From positions 2,216 through 66,215 of the forward strand of contig JBKJWL010000267.1 of the NCBI GenBank assembly GCA_046716885.1: 64,000 nucleotides of DNA. Direction: 5' to 3'. The position numbers and the translations under genes were made by a program. Below, in pieces: positions 56,783 to 64,000 of the stretch. The notes under the pieces are model-generated. The model had not been told where the DNA came from, searched no databases, and saw only the letters and a list, made by a program, of their open reading frames with translations. The DNA is from Thermoanaerobaculia bacterium (lineage in GTDB: Bacteria > Acidobacteriota > Thermoanaerobaculia > UBA5066 > Gp7-AA6). Numbering within the stretch: position 1 is the first letter of the stretch; every line of letters begins with the position of its first letter.

Positions 56783-57812
56783 GCCGGTCGAGGCGGTCCG
56801 AGACGGCGCGCCCCAGGAGCTCGACGACAGGTATCACCCGGGTGTACTCCCGCCGGGCCGGTCCGATCACGCCCAACATCCCCGCAAGTGTCTCTCCCGT
56901 GCCGTACGAGGTCAAGACGGCCGAGAGCCGCGGATCGACGGCATGCGTGTCCTCCGAGCCGAGGACCACGCTCGTGCCCGGGGAGTCCAGGTACCGGGAG
57001 ACCAGGTCGAGAACCCGCGCCTTCTCGTCGAAGGCATGAAAGATCTTCCTCAGAGACTCGACGTCCGAGAACTCAGGCTTCTCGAGCAGGCGTGCCGTAC
57101 CGTCGAAGAACAGGCGGTCCTCACCATCCTTTTTCTCCAGCGCCCGGCCCGCGAGCTCGGCCGCCCGGCCGAGGATGCGATCGGCCTCGACCTTTTCGCG
57201 TTCCATCGCGGCCAGCAGACGTCGCCGCGCCTCGTGGAGGGTCAGCCCGCCGTAATCCCGGGTCAGCCGGTCGCTGATCGTCTCCAGCTCGACCGGCGTG
57301 TAGGCGGCGTCGGTCTCGAGCACCCGCGAGATGACGGCGTCCGGCTCGTTGACCTGCACGACGAGGATTTTTCCCGGCGCCACGGCGAGAAAACGGAGGC
57401 TCCTGATGACGGTGTGCAGCGCGTCCGGCGCCACGACGAAGCCCACCTCGCCCGACAGCTGAGAGAGCAGGCGGGAAGCGGCCGTGAAGAGGCGCGAGAC
57501 GTCCGCGCCAGCCGTGTCGAGGTCGGAGCCGACCTGCTCCCGGACGCCGTCGGCGACCTTGCGCTGCCGCATCAGCTCGTCGATGTAGAGCCGGTAGGCC
57601 CGGTCCGTCGGGACGCGGCCCGCAGAGGTGTGCGGCTGGGCGAGATAACCCCCGTCCGTCAGGTCGGCCATGATGTTGCGGATCGAGGCCGGCGACAGCG
57701 CGAACCGATTGGCCTTAAAAAGCGTCCGCGAAGAGACCGGCCGCCCCGTGTCGACGTGCACTCGGATGATTTCCCTGAGGATGGCGCGGCTGCGGGTGTC
57801 GAGGGATTTCAT
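56739..57812 (-). CDS. hrcA: Heat-inducible transcription repressor HrcA
   Basis: MKSLDTRSRAILREIIRVHVDTGRPVSSRTL is a winged-helix N-terminus. The gene lies directly downstream of a perfect CIRCE. Confidence 0.9.
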   Translation of the reverse strand: MKSLDTRSRAILREIIRVHVDTGRPVSSRTLFKANRFALSPASIRNIMADLTDGGYLAQPHTSAGRVPTDRAYRLYIDELMRQRKVADGVREQVGSDLDTAGADVSRLFTAASRLLSQLSGEVGFVVAPDALHTVIRSLRFLAVAPGKILVVQVNEPDAVISRVLETDAAYTPVELETISDRLTRDYGGLTLHEARRRLLAAMEREKVEADRILGRAAELAGRALEKKDGEDRLFFDGTARLLEKPEFSDVESLRKIFHAFDEKARVLDLVSRYLDSPGTSVVLGSEDTHAVDPRLSAVLTSYGTGETLAGMLGVIGPARREYTRVIPVVELLGRAVSDRLDRREERQKEDRSNERP

Positions 57813-57839
57813 TTAGCACTCAAACCTAGCGAGTGCTAA
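57813..57839. promoter_or_regulatory. CIRCE operator (HrcA binding site)
   Basis: TTAGCACTC-AAACCTAGC-GAGTGCTAA is an exact match to the CIRCE consensus TTAGCACTC-N9-GAGTGCTAA. It abuts the hrcA ATG (57812) with no spacer. Confidence 0.95.
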
Positions 57840-57885
57840 TGATAACAGACTCGGCGGGGGGAGGCGGCCGGAATACACTGCCCGC

Positions 57886-58776
57886 GTGTCGAAGGAAGAG
57901 ATCCTGACCCGCTCGGTTGCGCTCGTCGGACCGGGTCGCGCCGGGCGCGCGTTCGCTCGCTCCTGGAGCACAGCGGGCGGAGCGATCGCGAGCGTGATTT
58001 TGCGGAGCGGCCGCCTCGGCCCGCCGGAAGCTATCTCGTCCGCGGCGGTCTTCGACCTCGACGCCGGGAGGCTGCCGCGAAGCGACCTCGCCGTGCTCGC
58101 CGTTCCCGACGACGCGATCGCCTCTGTCGCCGCCACACTCGCGGGCCGGCTCCCCTGCCGATTCGTGTTCCACCTCTCGGGCGCTCTGCCGAGCACGATC
58201 CTGGCTCCCTTCGAGAGGCACGGGGCCCTGGCCGCGTCGCTCCATCCCCTGCGGGCCTTCACGGGAGCTCCAGGGGAAAGCTGGGAGGGTGCATTCGTCG
58301 CCGTTGAGGGGCGCGCGGAAGCGGCCGCAGTCGGCGTCGAGATCGCCCGCGCCGTCGGGGCGCGGCCCCACCCGCTCGCCGCCTCCGCGAAGCCGCTCTA
58401 CCATGCCGCGGCCTCGCTGGCGGCCGGCGGCGTCGCGGCCGTCGTTTCGGTGGCCTCGCGGGCCTGGGCGGCCGCCGGCATCTCCGAGGAGCTCGCGCGC
58501 GAGGCGCTGGCGGGACTGGCTTCCAGCGCCGCCGCCGCCGCCGCCTCGCAGCCCTTCGCCCTCGCGCTGACCGGCGCCGTCGCCCGGCGCGACGTCGGGA
58601 CGGTACGCGCCCACGCCGCGGCGCTGGCCGGTCACCGGGACGCCCTCGAGCTCTACCGGGCGCTCGGCGAAGAAATTCTGGCGCGAACGGACGGCCGCGG
58701 GAAGGAAGAGGAGATCCGGCGGGTTCTTCGCGGCGAGGAGGCCCGAGGCGCGGCACCGGGAGCGGGCACTTCGTAA
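57886..58776 (+). CDS. Rossmann-fold NAD(P)-binding protein, DUF2520-like
   Basis: VALVGPGRAGRAFARS is a GxGxxG-type motif. The C-terminal half is Ala-rich and helical. The family call is tentative. The start codon is GTG. Confidence 0.55.
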   Translation: MSKEEILTRSVALVGPGRAGRAFARSWSTAGGAIASVILRSGRLGPPEAISSAAVFDLDAGRLPRSDLAVLAVPDDAIASVAATLAGRLPCRFVFHLSGALPSTILAPFERHGALAASLHPLRAFTGAPGESWEGAFVAVEGRAEAAAVGVEIARAVGARPHPLAASAKPLYHAAASLAAGGVAAVVSVASRAWAAAGISEELAREALAGLASSAAAAAASQPFALALTGAVARRDVGTVRAHAAALAGHRDALELYRALGEEILARTDGRGKEEEIRRVLRGEEARGAAPGAGTS

Positions 58777-58835
58777 CCCTCTCAGGGTGTTACAATTCGG
58801 GCAGTCCGCGGCCAGCGCTGCGGCACACTTGACGC

Positions 58836-60167
58836 ATGGTTTTCTTCAACTACGCCACGATGCAGATGGCGGCCAAGGTCGTTTACTACGGCCCCGGCCT
58901 GTGCGGAAAGACCACCAACCTCCACCACATTTACGGACGCACGGCTCCCGGCTCCCGGGGAGAGATGGTGTCTTTGGAGACCGAGACCGATCGAACGCTC
59001 TTCTTCGACCTCCTGCCGCTCGACGTCGGGGTCATCGGGGGGTTCAAGACCCGCATCCAGCTCTACACGGTTCCGGGCCAGGTCTTCTACAACACGACGC
59101 GCAAGCTCGTGCTGAAGGGGGTCGACGGGATGGTCTTCGTCGCCGACTCCCAACGGGCGATGAAAGAGGCCAACGTCGAGTCGCTCGCCAACCTCAAGAC
59201 GAACCTCGCCGAGATCGGCATCAAGCTCGAGGAGATCCCGCTCGTCTTTCAGTACAACAAGCGCGACCTGGCCAACATCCTCTCGGTGGCGGAGCTCGAG
59301 GACAGCCTGAACGCCGAGCGTGTCCTCGAGAGCTACGAGGCGTGCGCCGTTCTGGGACAGGGCGTCTTCGAAACCCTCAAGGCCATCTCGCGGCTGACTC
59401 TGCGCTCGTTGAAGAAACGCATGCTCGGCGAAGAAAAGCCCGCGACGGTCCGATCCGCCCCGGTGCCCGCGCCTCCCGCTACACCCAGAGCCGCGGCGCA
59501 CGCGCCGTCACCGGCACCCGCCGCGGCGCAAAAGGGCATCGACGACGCGGTCGAGGTAGAGCCGGGAACCTTCTCCAAAAAGGTCCGGCCGCCCGTGCTG
59601 GCACACGAACTCAACCAGCCGCCTTCGGGGTTCGACGCCTCCGACGTCTCGACGGTTCGGGAATTCGAACGGGCGCTCGACTCTCTCGACGCGCCGCTGC
59701 CCGAGACTGCGGCGGCGTCGGAGCCGGCGGCGGCCGTGCCGGAGGCGGAGATCGCGGACGTTTCCTTCGCCGAGACCGAAGCGCCCAAGCCGGTCGCCTC
59801 CGAGGAGGTTCGCCACGTCAAGGTGCGCTCGAACATCGACATCCTCGCGGAGCTCGAGAGGCTGCGCAAGAGATCCACCGCCACTCCCGGACCCGACGAG
59901 AAAATCCGGCGCGCACCGACGGGCATCTCCGTGGACGATCTGCTCGCCTCCAGCCTCAACCACCGGAGAGAGATCAACCGGGTCTTCGAGGTCCAGATTC
60001 CGAAGAAGCAGCTCTCGCTGGGGCACCAGGTCAAGGTAGGACTGCGATTCGAGGACCGCCAGGGCAAAGAGATTGGCGAGCCGCAGTCCTTCTCGATCGA
60101 GCTTCAGTCCAGAAGCGACATCGAGAAGCTTCTCCTCTCTCTCAAATTCCACATTCTCGGGAAGTGA
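58836..60167 (+). CDS. MglA-type Ras-like GTPase fused to an uncharacterised C-terminal extension of about 250 aa
   Basis: Residues 1 to about 195 read MVFFNYATMQMAAKVVYYGPGLCGKTTN (P-loop), ETDRTLFFD (MglA intrinsic Arg region), TVPGQVFY (switch II Gln), QYNKRDL (NKxD), and GQGVFETLKAI. A Pro/Ala-rich linker and an acidic stretch follow. The last 80 aa or so look like an alpha/beta module (REINRVFEVQIPKKQLSLGHQVKVGLRFEDRQGKEIGEPQSFSIELQSRSDIEKLLLSLKFHILGK). Confidence 0.85.
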   Translation: MVFFNYATMQMAAKVVYYGPGLCGKTTNLHHIYGRTAPGSRGEMVSLETETDRTLFFDLLPLDVGVIGGFKTRIQLYTVPGQVFYNTTRKLVLKGVDGMVFVADSQRAMKEANVESLANLKTNLAEIGIKLEEIPLVFQYNKRDLANILSVAELEDSLNAERVLESYEACAVLGQGVFETLKAISRLTLRSLKKRMLGEEKPATVRSAPVPAPPATPRAAAHAPSPAPAAAQKGIDDAVEVEPGTFSKKVRPPVLAHELNQPPSGFDASDVSTVREFERALDSLDAPLPETAAASEPAAAVPEAEIADVSFAETEAPKPVASEEVRHVKVRSNIDILAELERLRKRSTATPGPDEKIRRAPTGISVDDLLASSLNHRREINRVFEVQIPKKQLSLGHQVKVGLRFEDRQGKEIGEPQSFSIELQSRSDIEKLLLSLKFHILGK

Positions 60168-60221
60168 CGTCGGGCGCGTTCGCGCGCGAAGCCTCGTGAG
60201 CGCAGCCGAAGCCGACGCGCG

Positions 60222-60258
60222 CAGTGTCCGTTCGGCCTGTCCTCCGGGCGAGACACTG
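60222..60258 (+). terminator. Hairpin downstream of the MglA-like gene (possible terminator)
   Basis: CAGTGTC (60222..60228) pairs with GACACTG (60252..60258), with extra internal CG pairs. The tail ttccgaatagtcttt follows and is only weakly T-rich. Confidence 0.35.
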
Positions 60259-60305
60259 TTCCGAATAGTCTTTGCATCGTGTGCGTGCCGGGTTTACCCT
60301 TTCTC

Positions 60306-61925
60306 ATGCGCTCGATCTCCGGGGTCGCGCGCGAGGGCCTTGCCGTCCTCGCTGTCCTGCTGGCAGGCGCCTGCGCGTCGGCGCCGTCCGGGTATCCGTC
60401 CGTTCCGGTCGCCTCCTCCCCCGCCTCTTCCCTGGAAGACCGCGCGATGTCGCGCGCTTCCGGCGAGTTTGCGCTCGGACGGGAGGCGGCCCTCGCCGGA
60501 GACACCACGTGCGCGCGTTACCACTTTGGCCTCTCGATCGACGCGGTCCGGCCTGTCGGGGGTCCGGCTCCTTCGGGAAAGACGCTCGGCTTCTCCCACG
60601 ACCTCTACGAGAGCATCCAGCGCTACGAGGCCCTCGCCGGGGCCACCGAAGAGGCCGGCACGTCCCACGGGGAGGTCGCGCCGGAGCTGGCCGCCGAGAT
60701 CGAGTCGCCCGCGGCCAGTCCCGAAGCCATCGAGAACGCCCGCAGCGCGATCGACTCCGCGATCTCGACCGCTCTGACCGACGTCCCGGTCGTCATCAAC
60801 GACAAGGTCCTCCGACTGCTCGCCGCGTTTCAGAGCGAGGGCCTTCGCGGGAAGATCGCGGCCGGCCTCGCGCGCTCCGGGCGCTACGTCCCGATGATCC
60901 ATCGCGTCTTCGAGGAGGAGGGCCTGCCTCGGGATCTCGCGATGATCGCCTTCATCGAATCCTCCTTCCTGCCCCATGCCCGCTCGCACATGGCGGCCCA
61001 CGGCATCTGGCAGTTCATGCCGCGCACGGGCCGGCAGTATGGTTTGAAATTCAACGGCGTCGTCGACGAGCGCAGCGACCCCGAGAAAGCCACGCGCGCC
61101 GCGGCGCGTTACCTCGCCTACCTCCACGAGCTCTTTGACGACTGGTACCTGGCCATGGCCGCTTACAACGCCGGCGAGGGCAAGATCCTGCGGGCGATGC
61201 AGAGGACCGGCGCAGCCGACTTCTGGGAGCTGGCCGGAACCCGCGCGATCCGGCCGCAGACGCAGAACTATGTGCCGGCCTTCCTGGCCGCCGTTCTGAT
61301 CTCCAAGAACCCCGCCCACTACGGCTTCGACGTCCTTCTCGAGCCGCCCCTCGCGCATGAGACCCTGCGCCTCGGCCGCTCGGTCAATCTGGATCATTTG
61401 GCCGGCGTCGCGGCGCTTCCTCTCGAGGACCTGCGGGCCTTGAACCCGGAGCTGCGCTCGCTTGTGACCCCGCATCAGCCCGAAGGCTACGACCTGAAGA
61501 TCCCGGTGGGGACGCTCGACATGGTGCGAATCGCGTTCGCCGCCTCCCCAACCGCCAGGCCGCCGGAGTACAGGACCGCCGTCGCGCGCAAGGGCGACAC
61601 GTTGAAGCGGATCGCGCGGCGCTACGGCGTCCCCGTTTCGGCGGTGGCGTCGGTCAACGCGCTGTCCACGCGGTCCCGGGTGTCGAGAGGCCAGGAGATC
61701 CTGATCCCCGCGAAGATGGCCGCGGTGACGAAGAAGGGAAGACCCTCGAGCGGAGCCAGAGTCGCGAGGTCGGCTCCGCACAAGAACTACAAGGTGCGCA
61801 GCGGGGATACCCTCTATCAGATCGCGCTGCGGCACGGCACGACCGTGGCCAAGATCCTGGCAATCAACGGCCTCGGCGGCGCCGTGATCCGGCCCGGTGA
61901 CCGCCTGAAGATCCCGGCGAAATAG
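60306..61925 (+). CDS. Membrane-bound lytic murein transglycosylase (MltD-like) with two C-terminal LysM domains
   Basis: The N-terminus MRSISGVAREGLAVLAVLLAGAC looks like a signal or lipoprotein sequence. The SLT core is AFIESSFLPHARSHMAAHGIWQFMPRTG...MAAYNAGEG. The LysM domains are KGDTLKRIARRYGVPVSAVASVN and SGDTLYQIALRHGTTVAKILAIN. The track start at 60279 (GTG) is an alternative. Confidence 0.85.
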   Translation: MRSISGVAREGLAVLAVLLAGACASAPSGYPSVPVASSPASSLEDRAMSRASGEFALGREAALAGDTTCARYHFGLSIDAVRPVGGPAPSGKTLGFSHDLYESIQRYEALAGATEEAGTSHGEVAPELAAEIESPAASPEAIENARSAIDSAISTALTDVPVVINDKVLRLLAAFQSEGLRGKIAAGLARSGRYVPMIHRVFEEEGLPRDLAMIAFIESSFLPHARSHMAAHGIWQFMPRTGRQYGLKFNGVVDERSDPEKATRAAARYLAYLHELFDDWYLAMAAYNAGEGKILRAMQRTGAADFWELAGTRAIRPQTQNYVPAFLAAVLISKNPAHYGFDVLLEPPLAHETLRLGRSVNLDHLAGVAALPLEDLRALNPELRSLVTPHQPEGYDLKIPVGTLDMVRIAFAASPTARPPEYRTAVARKGDTLKRIARRYGVPVSAVASVNALSTRSRVSRGQEILIPAKMAAVTKKGRPSSGARVARSAPHKNYKVRSGDTLYQIALRHGTTVAKILAINGLGGAVIRPGDRLKIPAK

Positions 61926-61982
61926 TCTAGACTCTCCTCTGTCCTCGTCCGATCAGGCCCTCCTCGGCCCCGAGGAGGTTTC

Positions 61983-63539
61983 ATGCTGGCCTTGGTGCAC
62001 TCCGCCGCGACTCTGGGTCTCGAGGCTCGCGTTCTCGACGTCGAGGTCGACGCCTCGGACGGTTTCCCCCGCTTCTCGATCGTCGGCCTGCCAGACGCCA
62101 GCGTCCGGGAGGCGCGCGAGCGCGTGCGCGCCGCGCTCAAGAACGGCGGGTTCCCCTTCCCCGGTGGGGCCGTCACCGTCAACCTCGCCCCCGCGGACTT
62201 TCGCAAGTGCGGGGCGGCTCTCGACCTGCCTCTCGCGATCGGCCTGCTCTGGCATGCCGGGGTGCGGCCAGTGTCTCCGGTCCGGCGGGTCTTCGTCGGC
62301 GAGCTCGGGCTCGGCGGGGAAGTCCGCGCCGCGCGCGGGGCCCTCTGCCTCGCCCTGGCGGCCCGCGACGCGGGATTCGAGGAGATCGTCCTGCCGGCCT
62401 CCAGCGCTCTGGAAGCCGCGGCCGTGGACGGCATCCGGGTCATCCCCGTCGCTCACCTGTCGGCGGCCGTCGGGCACCTGATCGGGGTCTGTCCCGTGGC
62501 CCCCGTCTCGCCCGCAGCCACTCCGGCGTGGACGCCTCCGGTCCTGGACTTCGCGGAGATCCGCGGCCAGGCCGTGGCGCGGCGGGCCGCCGAGATCGCC
62601 GCGGCGGGAGGCCACCACCTGCTCTTGACCGGTCCGCCCGGGTCCGGCAAGACGATGCTGGCCCGCCGCCTCCCCGGCATCCTGCCCCCATTGTCGCGCG
62701 CCGAGGCGATCGAGGTCACGCGCATCCACTCGGTCGCCGGCGCGCTTCCCTCCGGCGCGGGGCTGCTGGAGACGGCGCCGTTCCGCGCCCCCCACCACGG
62801 CATCTCCTCGGCCGCCCTGATCGGCGGCGGCACGCGCCCTCTCCCCGGCGAGATCTCTCTGGCCCACCGCGGCGCGCTCTTTCTCGACGAACTGCCCGAG
62901 TTTCGCCGCGACGCCCTCGAGGCGATTCGCCAGCCCCTCGAGGAACGGCGGGTCCGGATCGTGCGCGTCAACGGCGCCTGTGACTTTCCGTGTGACGTCC
63001 TGCTGGTGGCCGCGATGAACCCGTGCCCGTGCGGCTACCTCGGCGACCCGCGGCGCGGCTGTGCCTGCGACCCGCGCGAGCGGTTCCGCTACGCCCGCCG
63101 CGTGTCGGGCCCGCTGCTCGACCGCATCGACCTGCGCGTCCCTGTCGGCGGGGTCGAGTGGAAGGATCTTCGGGGCGAGGCCACGGCCGAGACTTCCGAA
63201 ACGATCCGCGCTCGCGTCGCCGAGGCTCGCGGCAGGGCGGGGCGACGCCGGCCCGGCTGCCCCGGGTTTCGCAACTCGGACCTCTCTGCACAGGAGATTG
63301 GGCAATACGGTGCGCTCGACACCGCCGGCCGAAGAATTCTGGAGACCGCGTTCTCCCGCCTCCACCTGTCCGTTCGGGCACTCCACCGCGCCCTCCGTGT
63401 TGCCCGCACGATCGCGGATCTCGGGCAGAGCGAACGAGTCCGGGCGCCGCACCTGGCTGAGGCGCTCTGCTTTCGCGGCACCGGAGCCGCCGCGGCCTGC
63501 CCGCAGGATCAGGTTGACAGCGGCGGGAGGGCCTCATAA
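61983..63539 (+). CDS. comM: YifB/ComM family Mg-chelatase-like AAA+ ATPase
   Basis: The N-terminus MLALVHSAATLGLEARVLDVEVD...SIVGLPDASVREARERVRAAL is Lon-protease-like. Motifs: Walker A GPPGSGKTM, FLDELPEF, and a C-terminal ChlI-like domain. Confidence 0.9.
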   Translation: MLALVHSAATLGLEARVLDVEVDASDGFPRFSIVGLPDASVREARERVRAALKNGGFPFPGGAVTVNLAPADFRKCGAALDLPLAIGLLWHAGVRPVSPVRRVFVGELGLGGEVRAARGALCLALAARDAGFEEIVLPASSALEAAAVDGIRVIPVAHLSAAVGHLIGVCPVAPVSPAATPAWTPPVLDFAEIRGQAVARRAAEIAAAGGHHLLLTGPPGSGKTMLARRLPGILPPLSRAEAIEVTRIHSVAGALPSGAGLLETAPFRAPHHGISSAALIGGGTRPLPGEISLAHRGALFLDELPEFRRDALEAIRQPLEERRVRIVRVNGACDFPCDVLLVAAMNPCPCGYLGDPRRGCACDPRERFRYARRVSGPLLDRIDLRVPVGGVEWKDLRGEATAETSETIRARVAEARGRAGRRRPGCPGFRNSDLSAQEIGQYGALDTAGRRILETAFSRLHLSVRALHRALRVARTIADLGQSERVRAPHLAEALCFRGTGAAAACPQDQVDSGGRAS

Positions 63540-63648
63540 GCTTCGGCCACTTCGGAGGCTCGGGCTTCCGGTCAAGGCTCTCTAACCAGACACGCGGGCG
63601 TACACGCGCGAAGCTCGCCCGCGGGGCCAAGGGTGAGGAGGACAGCGG

Positions 63649-64000
63649 GTGCAGAAGTACAACACGATCATTTTCGTCCCGCACGCCCGCGCCCGCTTCC
63701 GCAAGCTGACCATCTCCTCGCGTTTCCTCGGGCTCGCGACCGCCGCCGCCGCGACCCTCCTCGTCGCGGCGGTCGCGTTTGGGTGGGCCTATTTCGGCTC
63801 GACCCGCAGGGACCGCCAGTACCGGCTCACGATGGCCGAGAATACCCGCCTGCGGTCGACGACGGCGGCGCTCCATCAGCGCCTCGATGGCGTGTCGCGG
63901 CAGCTCTCCGAGTTCGAGGCCCGGACCCGGCGCCTCGCAATCGTGGCCGGGCTCTCGGACGCCGTCCGCGGCGGCGTGGGCGGCCCCCGAACTCCCGACA
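63649..64000 (+). CDS. Probable M23/EnvC-like peptidoglycan hydrolase, N-terminal part only (runs off the right edge)
   Basis: Not in the track because it has no stop. The GTG at 63649 lies 8 nt after AGGAGG. My translation is VQKYNTIIFVPHARARFRKLTISSRFLGLATAAAATLLVAAVAFGW... followed by a coiled coil (NTRLRSTTAALHQRLDGVSRQLSEFEAR). This N-terminal layout is typical of M23 peptidases, but the catalytic domain is not in the window. Confidence 0.45.
   Translation, partial: MQKYNTIIFVPHARARFRKLTISSRFLGLATAAAATLLVAAVAFGWAYFGSTRRDRQYRLTMAENTRLRSTTAALHQRLDGVSRQLSEFEARTRRLAIVAGLSDAVRGGVGGPRTPD

Noticed and set aside
59946-60060. A possible PilZ (c-di-GMP binding) domain in the MglA extension, suggested by RREINR (RRxxxR-like) and QLSLGH (DxSxxG-like).
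   Set aside because: The two motifs are only 9 residues apart instead of about 20-30. The second motif lacks the D/N and the correct Gly spacing. This is not enough to call PilZ.

Overview
The window is gene-dense and very GC-rich (GC judged by eye). I call about 60 CDS with almost no intergenic space, and most of it is ordinary core chromosome. I saw no rRNA, tRNA, CRISPR array, transposase or integrase.

Core genes:
- ribF (truncated at the left edge), rimO, asnS and gcdH.
- A long minus-strand unit: ffh-rpsP-KH-rimM-trmD-rplS-rnhB.
- An NAD-type isocitrate dehydrogenase, trmB, pgsA and a phosphohexomutase.
- alaS, recX, pilT and ilvE.
- hrcA-grpE-dnaK-dnaJ-prmA-rsmE, in the same order as the Bacillus dnaK operon, behind a perfect CIRCE operator.

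Lineage: protein signatures suggest an Acidobacteriota-like lineage. These are a PATAN/DUF4388 protein, an MglA-type GTPase, long TPR scaffolds, a DUF2723 protein, and collapsed Ser/Thr-kinase-like mini-ORFs. This is inference only.

The only clear accessory element is a vapBC toxin-antitoxin pair, flanked by the two mini-ORFs that look like collapsed kinase genes.

Items most worth a second look:
1. An MglA-type GTPase carrying a ~250-aa uncharacterised C-terminal extension, with no MglB gene nearby.
2. A TolC / Yip1 / MacB-type ATPase module with no permease or membrane-fusion protein.
3. An 840-aa TPR protein plus orphan OppD/OppF-like ATPases appended to the ffh-to-rnhB operon.
4. A stand-alone Thr/Glu-rich mini-lipoprotein with a near-consensus promoter and strong terminator, in a window that also holds GT-C-like and DUF2723 (TMEM260-like) membrane proteins.
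5. A PATAN protein coupled to a membrane GAF-GGDEF cyclase.
6. Extreme compaction: four convergent gene pairs share a CTAG double stop, and one divergent pair shares a CATG double start.
7. Two genes (oppD-like and recX) whose conserved N-termini lie upstream of any canonical start codon.

Caveats: many long ORFs in the supplied track are alternate-frame artefacts of the high GC content, so I trimmed or rejected them. All family assignments rest on motif recognition by eye, not on database searches.
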